Of a stretch of DNA of 32,000 nucleotides, positions 1 through 9,415 are shown piece by piece; position 1 is the stretch's first letter; each line of letters begins with the position of its first letter. Location of the stretch: positions 1,200,001 through 1,232,000 of the forward strand of contig NC_010085.1 in the NCBI RefSeq assembly GCF_000018465.1, given 5' to 3'. Position numbers and translations under genes: made by a program. This DNA comes from Nitrosopumilus maritimus SCM1 (GTDB taxonomy: Archaea > Thermoproteota > Nitrososphaeria > Nitrososphaerales > Nitrosopumilaceae). Below the pieces are notes generated by a model. It made no database searches and was not told the origin of the DNA. It saw only the letters and a program-made list of their open reading frames with translations.

Positions 1-1121
1 TCATCAAAGGTCCAATAGTAACCCATGTTGTTTTGAACCCACTCCAGGTATGAGATACATACACCACCAGAGTTGGCCAAGATATCAGGAATAACCAAAA
101 TGTTCTTTTTGTAAATGATTGGGTCTGCTTCAGGTAGTGTTGGACCGTTTGCAGCTTCGGCAATAATTTTACATTTTAGATTTTTAGCAATTTTAGCATC
201 AATTTGATTTTCCAGTGCACCTGGAACTAGTACATCACATTTTGTTGTAAGTAATTCTTCAGTAGAGATTTTTTTGCTACCAGGGAATCCAACTACGCTT
301 CCTTTCTTTTGTTTATGTTCAAGGATTTTGCTAACCTTTGCACCTTTTGGAATTGAGATGGAACCTTTAGAGTCACTGACTGCAATTACTTTTGCACCCA
401 TCTTCTCCAAGTATTCACCTGCAAATGTTGATGCATTACCAAATCCTTGCAAAACAACTTTGGCTCCTTTGAGATTAACTTTCAGTGTCTTTGCAGCTTC
501 TCTAACGGTATATGCTGCACCTAAACCAGTTGCAACATTTCTTGCAAGAGAACCACCCATTGAGATTGGTTTACCAGTAATAACTCCTGGAGAGTATTTG
601 TTTCCGTTTAGTTTGCTAAATGTATCCATGATTTGTGTCATCTCTTTTCCTGTTGTGTAAACATCAGGAGCTGGGATGTCTTTTTCTGGACCAATAACTT
701 CAGAAATTTTATATGCAAATCCACGAGTAAGTCTTTCTAATTCATTTTCACTAAGCTTTTCAGTTTTTGGATTAACGTAAATTCCACCTTTACCGCCACC
801 TAGTGGAACATCAACAATGGCACATTTCCAAGTCATCCAAGATGAGAGTGCCATGACTTCGCGTTCCATGTACTCAACACCACCTTCTGGGTTGAAGTAT
901 CTGATACCGCCTTTGTAAGGACCTCTATCGTTATTGTGTTGACTTCTAAAACCGGTGAAAACTCTAACCTTTCCATTATCCATAGTAACTGGAATTTTTA
1001 CTCTGAGAATTCTATTTGGTATTGCAAGATAATCGCGTATACCTTTGTCTTTAATTCCAAGAATATCACATGCATCATTAACCTGTTTTGTTGCATTTGC
1101 AAAAGGATCATTCTTTACCAA
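1..1121 (-). CDS. gdhA: Glutamate dehydrogenase (Glu/Leu/Phe/Val dehydrogenase family), C-terminus truncated by window edge
   Basis: Reverse-strand reading gives GFRSQHNNDRGPYKGGIRYFNPEGGVEYMEREVMALSSWMTWKCAIVDVPLGGGKGGI and, near the edge, PDILANSGGVCISYLEWVQNNMGYYW, both typical of GDH. Probable TTG start near 1121 (LVKNDPFANA). Open at the left edge, so absent from the ORF track. Confidence 0.92.
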   Translation of the reverse strand, partial: MVKNDPFANATKQVNDACDILGIKDKGIRDYLAIPNRILRVKIPVTMDNGKVRVFTGFRSQHNNDRGPYKGGIRYFNPEGGVEYMEREVMALSSWMTWKCAIVDVPLGGGKGGIYVNPKTEKLSENELERLTRGFAYKISEVIGPEKDIPAPDVYTTGKEMTQIMDTFSKLNGNKYSPGVITGKPISMGGSLARNVATGLGAAYTVREAAKTLKVNLKGAKVVLQGFGNASTFAGEYLEKMGAKVIAVSDSKGSISIPKGAKVSKILEHKQKKGSVVGFPGSKKISTEELLTTKCDVLVPGALENQIDAKIAKNLKCKIIAEAANGPTLPEADPIIYKKNILVIPDILANSGGVCISYLEWVQNNMGYYWTFD

Positions 1122-1195
1122 GACGATCGATCTAGGAATATTCCAATTATATAAGTTTGGTTAAAAATTCCTGATCGCATTTCATAAAATGTGAA

Positions 1196-1579
1196 TTAGA
1201 TGTAGACTTTTTTGTGATTCATCTTTCTGTCCAGTTTATCAATTGCCTCATCTAAAGCAGAGATATTCATTTCAAGAAAGTTAGACAAGTGGAATATTGC
1301 ACCATATTTTTCACCAATTTTTGAGACCATGTTGTTTTTCTCAAGTACTTTCATGTGATGTTGTACGGCTTTGTAATCAAGTTCAAGTTCTTGAGATAAT
1401 TGATGAGTGTTGTATGGTTTATCAAGCAAACTCATAATGATTCTAAGTCTTGTAAATCCACCGCGAGTGCTTGTAAACAAGTAAAATAGTAATTTTCTGG
1501 TTTGTTTATCGGGTTTTCTTTGCTCAGATTCTTGTCTAGATCTAAGAATTTCTTTAAACTCTAGTAATTGATTTGTCAT
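1196..1579 (-). CDS. Winged-helix (ArsR-like) transcriptional regulator
   Basis: 127 aa ORF with HTH pattern LLDKPYNTHQLSQELELDYKAVQHHMKVLEKNNMVSK. Confidence 0.75.
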   Translation of the reverse strand: MTNQLLEFKEILRSRQESEQRKPDKQTRKLLFYLFTSTRGGFTRLRIIMSLLDKPYNTHQLSQELELDYKAVQHHMKVLEKNNMVSKIGEKYGAIFHLSNFLEMNISALDEAIDKLDRKMNHKKVYI

Positions 1580-1689
1580 GTTTCTTAAGGAAGATATGCT
1601 CGTTTTGCTTAAAACAGTATTTCCAGATCTTTTCCATATTCAGCCTCGACAATTACCCTTAAATTGACTGAGGATGAACTCGTGATGAT

Positions 1690-2412
1690 ATGATGGCATC
1701 AAAGGGTTATGATATGACCCCTACAATGTATTCTCCAGACGGCAGAATTTACCAAGTCGAATATGCTATTGAGACTGTAAAAAGAGGAACTTTAGCAATT
1801 GGTGTTGCCAGTAAACAAGGAGTCATCATGGCAGTTGAGGAAAAACCTCGCACATTACAAAGTACTGATGTTACACAGAAAATTTTCCAAGTAGATTATC
1901 ACATTGGTGTTGCAGCAGCAGGATACATCCCAGATGCACGTGTTCAAGTTGACAGTGCAAGATTCTTCTCACAGGGAAACAGAATGACCTATGATGAATC
2001 AGTAGAGGTTGCTACAGTTGCAAAACATCTAGCAGACCAAGCTCATCAATTTACACAGTATGGAGGTGTTCGTCCAAATGGTGTTTCAATGATTATTGCA
2101 GGTGTTGACCAGAAAGGTGAATCAATCTATGTAACTGATCCAAGTGGAACATATGTTCAATTTGCAGCAATTGCAATTGGAGCAGGTTCAGATGATGTAA
2201 ATGCATTCTTGGAGAAAAATTACAAAGAAGACATGAGTTTAGAAGATGCAGCAGCATTAGCAATTGCAGCAATTAATCTAAAGGCAGAGGAAAAGGGCGG
2301 AGTCAAAGATATCAAGATGGCAAAGGTTTCAACTGAATCTAAAATCTTTGAAAAAGTATCTGAAGCAGACTTGCAAAATTATTCTCAAAACGCATCAAAG
2401 TTTGTTCCTTAG
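1690..2412 (+). CDS. psmA: Proteasome subunit alpha
   Basis: GYDMTPTMYSPDGRIYQVEYAIETVKRGTLAIGVASKQGVIMAVEEK is the alpha-subunit N-terminal signature. The true start may be the second Met at 1693. Confidence 0.96.
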   Translation: MMASKGYDMTPTMYSPDGRIYQVEYAIETVKRGTLAIGVASKQGVIMAVEEKPRTLQSTDVTQKIFQVDYHIGVAAAGYIPDARVQVDSARFFSQGNRMTYDESVEVATVAKHLADQAHQFTQYGGVRPNGVSMIIAGVDQKGESIYVTDPSGTYVQFAAIAIGAGSDDVNAFLEKNYKEDMSLEDAAALAIAAINLKAEEKGGVKDIKMAKVSTESKIFEKVSEADLQNYSQNASKFVP

Positions 2413-2460
2413 AATCTCAGATTTGAAAGATATTCATTTTAGTGTATGAGATGATAGATA

Positions 2461-3153
2461 ATGGGTTTAGGAAGTAGTTATTGGAGCGAAGTAATCGAAG
2501 TACTTCGAGAAATCATTCCAGTTTATGACAAGGTAAACTCAATCATATCGCTAGGAAAAGATGTAGAACATCGTAACCGTGGAATTTCAAACAGAGTTCT
2601 TCCAGGAAACAAGATACTTGATGCAGGTTCAGGATTTGGTAATATGTCAAAGACTGCGCTAAAACTAACTGATGGAAAGATTTCAGTTACACTTTATGAT
2701 CCTCTGGTTCCAATGTTAAAGAACACTGGAACCCATTTTGAAAAGACACCAGACATGGCAAATGGTGTTTTTGAGCACATTCCATTTAGAGATGAAGAGT
2801 TTGATGCAGTGCTTTGTGGTTATTCATTAAGAGATGCAATAAATTTGAGAATTGCAATATCAGAGATTCACAGAGTCTTGAAAAAAGATGGACGATTTGT
2901 AATTGTAGATTTGGGAAAGCCAGATAGCGGATTCATCAGAGCAGGAGTTGCATTTTATCTCAGATGCATCTTGCCAATTCTTGCATTTAGTGCAGGTGGA
3001 AAACTTGGATTAAAGTTTGGGACACTTTATGGAACTTTCAAAAGATGGCCACAAAACAAAAAGCTTGAAGGTTTACTGTTAGAGAAATTCTCCAGAGTGG
3101 AATTTGAGAAAGATCTTATGGGTGGAGCAATCATGGTTGCTGCATACAAATGA
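2461..3153 (+). CDS. Class I SAM-dependent methyltransferase (UbiE/MenG-like)
   Basis: ILDAGSGFGNMSKTALKLTDGKISVTLYDPLVPML (motif I) and FDAVLCGYSLRDAINLRIAISEIHRVLKKDGRFVIVDLGKP. Confidence 0.82.
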   Translation: MGLGSSYWSEVIEVLREIIPVYDKVNSIISLGKDVEHRNRGISNRVLPGNKILDAGSGFGNMSKTALKLTDGKISVTLYDPLVPMLKNTGTHFEKTPDMANGVFEHIPFRDEEFDAVLCGYSLRDAINLRIAISEIHRVLKKDGRFVIVDLGKPDSGFIRAGVAFYLRCILPILAFSAGGKLGLKFGTLYGTFKRWPQNKKLEGLLLEKFSRVEFEKDLMGGAIMVAAYK

Positions 3154-4304
3154 ACAAAGTTCTGATTCTAGTAAACATTACAGGTCTGATTATTGGAATT
3201 TCTTATGGACTACACGGACCAATACTTCCAGTCTTTGCAAAAAATGTCATAGGTGCGACATATTCTGAACTTGGATTAATCGGATTAACAAATTTCATTC
3301 CTTACATGTTCATTCCATTGTTTGTCGGAATTCTTCTTGACAGATTCAATAATGGATACTTGCTAGCATTGGGAACTGCAATCAATTCTGCATCAATTTA
3401 CCTTCTATCAATTGCACAATCAGTACCAGAGATTATGGGATTTAGAATTATGACAGGTGTGGCTCATGCATTTTTCTGGCCTCCATGTGAATCAATCATA
3501 TCAAATGAAAGTACAGAGAAAAACAGAGTAAAGAACATCTCGTGGTTTACAATGTTCTTTGTAATTGGGTTCATGGTAGGACCACTACTAGGTACCGTAT
3601 TTTTGGAGGGTCTTGATACAACATACAGAATCCTATTCCAGATTACTGCATTCATTTTAGCAACTGCATTGATTTCATCAATTCTAGTTTCAAGAAAAAG
3701 CGTTAGAAATCATCATGAACATTTTTCATTTTCATCAATCAAAGAGATGAAGAGATTTCCTGAAGTCATAATTTTGTTGCTTTTTTGTACATCATCATTT
3801 GGAATAATTCTGACAATCTATCCAGCATTTCTAAATGACAATGGAATGACAGACACAGACATTTTGTTATTGTTTTTTGTTTTTGGAATTTCACGGGTAA
3901 TTTCACTTGCACTGGCAGGAAAGTTTGCAAGAAAAACTAGTCAGACATTGATTGCAGCAGTATTTGCAGTATCAGCTGGACTGGCAATATCAGTTGTAGC
4001 AGACTCTATCATTACTTTTGGAATTGCACTAGTTCTAATGGGATTTGGATTCAGTATATTCTTCCCGCTAACTTTGGAGATTATTCTAAGCAAGACTAAG
4101 AAAGGAATTTCAGGAAAAATCATAGGAGTATATGAAACAGTCTTTGGAATGGGTTGGGCAATAGGGCCAACACTTGGTGGACCAATATCACAATCACTAG
4201 GAGATGATACACCGTATCTGATATTTTGTGTAATAGGAATTGGGGTAGCACTACTTGCAATCATTACTAGAAAGAAACTAGAGCCACAAAGAGTCTTGGA
4301 TTAG
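3150..4304 (+). CDS. Major facilitator superfamily transporter
   Basis: About 12 hydrophobic segments, MFS-like loop VGILLDRFNNGYLL, 4-nt overlap (ATGA) with the upstream methyltransferase. Confidence 0.8.
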   Translation: MNKVLILVNITGLIIGISYGLHGPILPVFAKNVIGATYSELGLIGLTNFIPYMFIPLFVGILLDRFNNGYLLALGTAINSASIYLLSIAQSVPEIMGFRIMTGVAHAFFWPPCESIISNESTEKNRVKNISWFTMFFVIGFMVGPLLGTVFLEGLDTTYRILFQITAFILATALISSILVSRKSVRNHHEHFSFSSIKEMKRFPEVIILLLFCTSSFGIILTIYPAFLNDNGMTDTDILLLFFVFGISRVISLALAGKFARKTSQTLIAAVFAVSAGLAISVVADSIITFGIALVLMGFGFSIFFPLTLEIILSKTKKGISGKIIGVYETVFGMGWAIGPTLGGPISQSLGDDTPYLIFCVIGIGVALLAIITRKKLEPQRVLD

Positions 4305-4615
4305 ATATCCATTGTTCCGCGCTTTTTAGTGCAGATATCAAGAGCATCACAAATATCTGAAACATAGACTTTGCCATCTCCTTTAGTACCAGTACAAGCA
4401 GCACCTGCAATTGCATCAAGGATTTCATCTAGTTTAGGATCATCGACTACACAGACGATTAACACCCTGCTAAAGAAGTCACCAACTAAAGGAGGATCTT
4501 GTGCGCCTTGACCTTGAACTTTGCTAACAGTTACACCGCTAATGCCAACCTTTCTCATTGCATCAATAACTGCATTTTGAGCAGATTCGTTAACTATTGC
4601 TTCAACTTTTTTCAT
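4301..4615 (-). CDS. PII-like (GlnB/GlnK superfamily) protein with shortened T-loop
   Basis: MKKVEAIVNESAQNAVIDAMRKVGISGVTVSKVQGQG...VGDFFSRVLIVCVVDDPKLDEILDAI...CTGTKGDGKVYVSDI matches the PII core and TGxxGDGK B-loop. Confidence 0.75.
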   Translation of the reverse strand: MKKVEAIVNESAQNAVIDAMRKVGISGVTVSKVQGQGAQDPPLVGDFFSRVLIVCVVDDPKLDEILDAIAGAACTGTKGDGKVYVSDICDALDICTKKRGTMDI

Positions 4616-4739
4616 ACAGGTAAATAATTTTGAATTTATTTAAATCAATAACTACTTCTCATTCGTGATATTCATGTATGAATATTCTAGGCATAATTTC
4701 AAACATTACGTTTAATTTCAAATTAGGCCTTTTGAGATC

Positions 4740-5087
4740 ATGATAGATTATTCACTAAATGTAGCAGGTAGTGAATGGATAATCATAATTTTTGTTGCTC
4801 TGGTTTTGATTTTGGGAACAGGAAAGCTTCCTGGTGCTGCAAGAAAGCTTGGAAAAGCAGTCAATGAATACAACAAAGCAAAAAATGACATTCAAGAAAG
4901 TATGAAAGAAGTTACAGAAGAAGCACCAAAGATTTCAGGACCTGTAGAATCAGAGAGACAGAAACTAGAGGTAATTGCAAAATCAATTGGAGTCAAAGTT
5001 GAAGGAAAGACTGATGATGAGTTGCGAAAAATTATTGCAGACAAGATTGGTCAAAAAAAGATAGACGAGTCAGAAAACAATCAGTAA
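4740..5087 (+). CDS. tatA: Twin-arginine translocase TatA/TatB-like subunit
   Basis: Short N-terminal TM helix followed by LGTGKLPGAARKLGKAVNEYNKAKNDIQ amphipathic region. Confidence 0.88.
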   Translation: MIDYSLNVAGSEWIIIIFVALVLILGTGKLPGAARKLGKAVNEYNKAKNDIQESMKEVTEEAPKISGPVESERQKLEVIAKSIGVKVEGKTDDELRKIIADKIGQKKIDESENNQ

Positions 5088-5876
5088 TTATTTTGATTTT
5101 TTAATTCGATACAGGTCTTTGTCAAGTCGTTTTTTTGCAAATTTGTAATAGTCTGGAACAATTTCAAATCCAAGATATCTTCTACCAAGAGATTTACTTA
5201 CAACTGCAACTTGTCCTGAACCAATAAAAGGATCAAGCACAATGTCTTTTTTCTCACTAGAGTATTCCAAGATTTTTTGAATTAATTCAGAAGGTAGTTT
5301 GGTTGGAGTTTTTTCATCCCCAGTCCAGTATTCTCGTTTGATATCCCACACATCTTCCTTGTCTTTGTAGTGAAGACTGCGACCATCCTTTGTTTTATCT
5401 TCTTTTTTGAACCTAGAAAATGGAAAGAACTTTCTTTTTTTGTCATCTTTGCAGACATAAAGACAATGATAGTGAGATGTGACAAACTTCTTTTTTGTAA
5501 CTACACCAAATTGATACTTCCAGATTATGTGATTAATGGTAACAAATCCAACATCATCCAAGGCTCGTAAAATATCTTTGAGATTATTCCATCCTGAAAA
5601 TACATACATGCTTCCAGAATCCTTTAGGATTCGATAAACTTCAGTCATCCATGAAAATGTAAAGTCATAGTAGTCCTCAGGTTTGATTTCATTATATCCA
5701 GAAAGAACACGAGATGATGTTCTGTTGTAATTTGCTTTTTTTGCCTTGAAATTTATGGCAAATGGTGGATCGGTAATAACCAAGTCAATCTTGTTTTTAG
5801 GAATAGAACTCATTCCATCAATACAATTTTGATTGTAAATTTTGTTAATCTCAATTTTTTTCATTTTTAAATTCAA
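5088..5876 (-). CDS. Site-specific DNA methyltransferase (N4-cytosine/N6-adenine type)
   Basis: Motif IV (DLVITDPPF) near the N-terminus and motif I (LDPFIGSGQVAVVSKSLGRRYLGFE) near the C-terminus, i.e. beta-class order. Confidence 0.88.
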   Translation of the reverse strand: MNLKMKKIEINKIYNQNCIDGMSSIPKNKIDLVITDPPFAINFKAKKANYNRTSSRVLSGYNEIKPEDYYDFTFSWMTEVYRILKDSGSMYVFSGWNNLKDILRALDDVGFVTINHIIWKYQFGVVTKKKFVTSHYHCLYVCKDDKKRKFFPFSRFKKEDKTKDGRSLHYKDKEDVWDIKREYWTGDEKTPTKLPSELIQKILEYSSEKKDIVLDPFIGSGQVAVVSKSLGRRYLGFEIVPDYYKFAKKRLDKDLYRIKKSK

Positions 5877-5958
5877 GACCAGTTCCTAGCATAATAATGT
5901 CATGGGTAAATCCTATGAAGTAACAATAAATCACTAATCGTTTCTTAGCAAATAGATC

Positions 5959-8469
5959 TTGAAACTATCATGTCCAAAATGCAAGTCCAGGATTGAGATC
6001 CAAAAGACTTTCAACAAAAAAATGCACGTCTCATGTAGTGGTTGTGGAATAGAAGATCTCCTAGAGTTCTCAAAGAATGTAGATGAAGTGTTTTTAGAAT
6101 TTCTTTCAAGATATGACAAGGGACTAGTCACAGAGAAAGGACTTTCTGAAGGCCTCAAAGATGAGGGAATTGTCCGTGCTGAAGTTGAAATCAAAAATAT
6201 GATTGGCAAAAACAAGCCAGACAAAATAACTGAAGAGATTCTATATTCCAAAAAAGACTATGTTTCACAATACAAGGTTTTGAGCAATCCTGAGCCTAAA
6301 ATGGGCTGCAAAGTAGAAGATTTGGGACTAGATGAATCAATTACAGAACATCTAAAGGAATTGGAAATAAAACAGTTTTACAAATTCCAAGAAGAGGCAA
6401 TTAGTGAGATTGCATATGGAGAAAATGTAGTAATTGAAGCTCCAACTGCTTCAGGAAAAACAGAAGCCTTTTTGATTCCAGTAATTCAGAGAATAAAAAA
6501 AGATTCCAGCGAAGGTAATGTCTTTGCAATCTTTGTATACCCAACAAAAGCACTTGCACGAGACCAATTCCCTAAAATCAAAAAATTTGTAGAAAAGATT
6601 GGGGTTAGAGTAGAGGTCTTTGATGGAGACACAAAACAAAACGACAGAAGAGAAATAATTGATAATCCACCACAAATTCTTGTTACAAACTTTGATGTAT
6701 TGCACTATCATATGTGGCACCAAACAAAATTCTCATCATTACTAACAACAACAAGAATTATAGTTACAGATGAAGCACATGTCTATTCAGGAATTTTTGG
6801 TTCTAATGTTCACTATATCATAAAGAGACTCAAAAGAGTATGTACAAACAAGCTGCAATTTGTTGCGGCATCAGCTACACTTGAAGATGCAAAAGAATTT
6901 TGTGAAAAATTGTTTGGAGAAAAGATGCAAAAAATTCAAGGGTCAGGAAAGAAAGGCCAGACAGACTTTGCAATGCTTTTCCCATCACTTCGAACTCAAA
7001 GGGCTTTGATGGTAGAACTCACAAAGAAACTAACTGAGAAAAATCACAAGACTATGGTCTTTAACAACTCGCATCTAAATTCCGAACTTTTAGCAATTCA
7101 GGCAAAAAAGCAAAAGGTCAACATCAAAGTTCACAGAGCAGGACTGATGGCAAATTACAGAACATTTGTTGAAAAACAGTTCAAAGATGATTTACTTGAT
7201 GCAATTTCATGCACTCCCACGCTTGAATTAGGCATAGATGTGGGAAATGTTGACTGTGTTATCTCATCTACCATACCAGTAAATCGACTAATCCAAAGAA
7301 TAGGAAGAGCCGCAAGAAAGGGTCAAAGAGGTTATGCATTTTTGGCATTGGGAAATGACCCAATATCACAATATTACAAGAATCATCCAGATGACTATTT
7401 TGAGGATACTGAAAAAACCTACATCGATCCCAAGAATCCATTTGTAGAAGAGTTCCAGGTATTAGCAATGGCATGTGATAGACCAATCTCAAAACATGAG
7501 CTTAAAGAACATCAAGAAGTAATAGAGCACCACATCATCAAAGAGAATCTAAAAGAATTCAACAATAGAATAATTCCAAATTTTGACAAGATCAATTCTT
7601 TACTCAATGAATACAGTATTAGAGGAATAGGACAATCAATTGATATTTTCTTAAATGGTAAAAAAGTAGGAGATAGAATTTTACCAATTGCATTAGAGGA
7701 GTTACACAAAGATGCAATCTATTTTCTTGCAGGTATTCGTTATAAAGTAAAAGAGTTTGATTATCCAGAAAAAAACTATGCAAAGATTGAGAAAATTCCA
7801 AGAGATTATCCATACTATACTAAAGCACTAACTGAAGAATGGCCTACAATTGAGACAGTTTTTGATAAAAGGATTGCAAACGGAGTTGAAGTTGCATTTT
7901 GTAAACTACACATTGAGAAAAAAGTATACGGCTATGTCAACATTGAGCTTGGACAAGAAGTAACACAAGGAGAAAAAGTTCTGCTAGATACACCTCTAGA
8001 ATATGATTTTGTTACAAAGGGGATTGTCTTTCATGCACCTAGACCTCTCAAAGTAATGGGAGAATCTGAAGATGAGGAATATACTGAAGCCAGCGGATAC
8101 CATGCAACAGAGCATGTAGTGATTGAGGGAAGCAATATGATTACTGGTGGAGTCTCTCAGGATTTGGGAGGCATATCACTGGGAACATCAGGCTTGATTT
8201 TCATCTATGATGGGGCAATTGGAGGAAGTGGGGCAAGCAAAGCTCTCTATGATAGATTTGAGCAGGCACTGGAGAGAAGCATGTTCATTGTAAAGGAATG
8301 TCCATGCAAAAATGAAGCCGGATGTCCAAGATGTACATTCTCATACAGATGTGGAAACAACAACGAATATCTGCACAAATATTCAGCACTAGAGATTTTG
8401 GAGAGAATTAACAAAGGAGAGAAAACAGAACTAGTTGATCCAACTGAAGGTGACAGACCTCTAGTATAA
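5959..8469 (+). CDS. DEAD/DEAH-box helicase with DUF1998-type C-terminal Cys cluster (MrfA/YprA/Hrq1-like), N-terminal zinc ribbon
   Basis: APTASGKTEAF (Walker A), TDEAHVYSG (DEAH), QRIGRAARKGQRG (motif VI), C-terminal CPCKNEAGCPRCTFSYRCGN; N-terminus CPKCKSRIEIQ...CSGCG, preceded by a TTG start. Confidence 0.9.
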   Translation: MKLSCPKCKSRIEIQKTFNKKMHVSCSGCGIEDLLEFSKNVDEVFLEFLSRYDKGLVTEKGLSEGLKDEGIVRAEVEIKNMIGKNKPDKITEEILYSKKDYVSQYKVLSNPEPKMGCKVEDLGLDESITEHLKELEIKQFYKFQEEAISEIAYGENVVIEAPTASGKTEAFLIPVIQRIKKDSSEGNVFAIFVYPTKALARDQFPKIKKFVEKIGVRVEVFDGDTKQNDRREIIDNPPQILVTNFDVLHYHMWHQTKFSSLLTTTRIIVTDEAHVYSGIFGSNVHYIIKRLKRVCTNKLQFVAASATLEDAKEFCEKLFGEKMQKIQGSGKKGQTDFAMLFPSLRTQRALMVELTKKLTEKNHKTMVFNNSHLNSELLAIQAKKQKVNIKVHRAGLMANYRTFVEKQFKDDLLDAISCTPTLELGIDVGNVDCVISSTIPVNRLIQRIGRAARKGQRGYAFLALGNDPISQYYKNHPDDYFEDTEKTYIDPKNPFVEEFQVLAMACDRPISKHELKEHQEVIEHHIIKENLKEFNNRIIPNFDKINSLLNEYSIRGIGQSIDIFLNGKKVGDRILPIALEELHKDAIYFLAGIRYKVKEFDYPEKNYAKIEKIPRDYPYYTKALTEEWPTIETVFDKRIANGVEVAFCKLHIEKKVYGYVNIELGQEVTQGEKVLLDTPLEYDFVTKGIVFHAPRPLKVMGESEDEEYTEASGYHATEHVVIEGSNMITGGVSQDLGGISLGTSGLIFIYDGAIGGSGASKALYDRFEQALERSMFIVKECPCKNEAGCPRCTFSYRCGNNNEYLHKYSALEILERINKGEKTELVDPTEGDRPLV

Positions 8470-8507
8470 TCAAAATGGGATAAATATAACAAAAATTTAG
8501 AGACATT

Positions 8508-9338
8508 ATGCAAAAAGTAGCTCTTGTAACTGGAAGTTCTTCAGGAATTGGATTAGAAGCATCACTAGCACTTGCAAAAGATGGATATCACACATTTGCC
8601 AGTATGAGGGACACATCAAAAGCAGGAGAATTAGAGAATGCTGCAAAAAAAGATAATCTTCCAATCGAAGTAATAGAGCTTGATGTCGATAAAGAAGAAT
8701 CAATTGTTTCTGCAGTAAAAAAAGTAATAGATTCAGCAGGAAGACTGGATGTTTTAGTTAACAATGCAGGATATGGACAGTTTGGATGTACAGAAGATGT
8801 CTCAGTTGATGATTTTAGAAAACAATTTGAAACTAATTTCTTTAGTATTGTAAGAATTATTCAAGAAGTTACCCCAATTATGAGAAATCAAAATTCGGGA
8901 AGCATCATAAACATTAGTTCTGTTGCTGGAAGAATGGGATTACCAGGTTCTCCAGCATACATTAGCTCAAAATTTGCATTAGAAGGACTAGGAGAATGTT
9001 TACGATATGAATTAGGTCAGTTTGGAATCAAGACCACTCTAATTGAACCAGGAGTTATCAAGACAAACTTTTTTGAATCAATGAAAATTCCAGATTCAAA
9101 GACAGACCCAAAATACAAGGAATTAACTGATCACATCTTAGCAGGATTAAAGATGATGGTTCAGATGGGCACTGCTCCATCACAAGTAGCTGAAGTAATT
9201 ATCAAGGCAATTCATGATGATGAGATGCTTCCAAGATATGTGGTTGGAACTGATGCTGCAATGTTTATGGAGGCAAAAAAGATGAAGACAGACCTAGAAT
9301 TTGAGAAATACATGAGCAAAGAGCTCTTTCCAGGATAA
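8508..9338 (+). CDS. Short-chain dehydrogenase/reductase family oxidoreductase
   Basis: VTGSSSGIGLEASLALAKDGYHTF (TGxxxGIG), DVLVNNAGYGQFG (NNAG), YISSKFALEG (YxxxK). Confidence 0.93.
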   Translation: MQKVALVTGSSSGIGLEASLALAKDGYHTFASMRDTSKAGELENAAKKDNLPIEVIELDVDKEESIVSAVKKVIDSAGRLDVLVNNAGYGQFGCTEDVSVDDFRKQFETNFFSIVRIIQEVTPIMRNQNSGSIINISSVAGRMGLPGSPAYISSKFALEGLGECLRYELGQFGIKTTLIEPGVIKTNFFESMKIPDSKTDPKYKELTDHILAGLKMMVQMGTAPSQVAEVIIKAIHDDEMLPRYVVGTDAAMFMEAKKMKTDLEFEKYMSKELFPG

Positions 9339-9415
9339 CATTATTCGTACGTTAACTTGATATACACATAGAACCCAGTTTTTGTCAAAGTCCGCAATTT
9401 TAAGGTGAAAAGAGA

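Noticed and set aside
274-1154. Plus-strand ORFs 274..660 and 936..1154
   Set aside because: Antisense to a clear glutamate dehydrogenase gene on the minus strand; translations have no recognisable features.
3464-4264. Minus-strand ORFs 3464..3655 and 3941..4264
   Set aside because: Lie inside the MFS transporter gene on the opposite strand; shadow ORFs.
5088-8469. Complete DISARM or restriction-modification system
   Set aside because: Only a methyltransferase and a DUF1998-type helicase are present; no DrmB, PLD or other nuclease is in the window, so a defence system cannot be claimed.
5934-8703. ORFs antisense to the helicase and SDR genes (5934..6251, 6451..6723, 7268..7492, 7512..7709, 7619..7813, 8247..8513, 8506..8703)
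   Set aside because: All overlap well-supported coding sequence and show no protein-like family signal.
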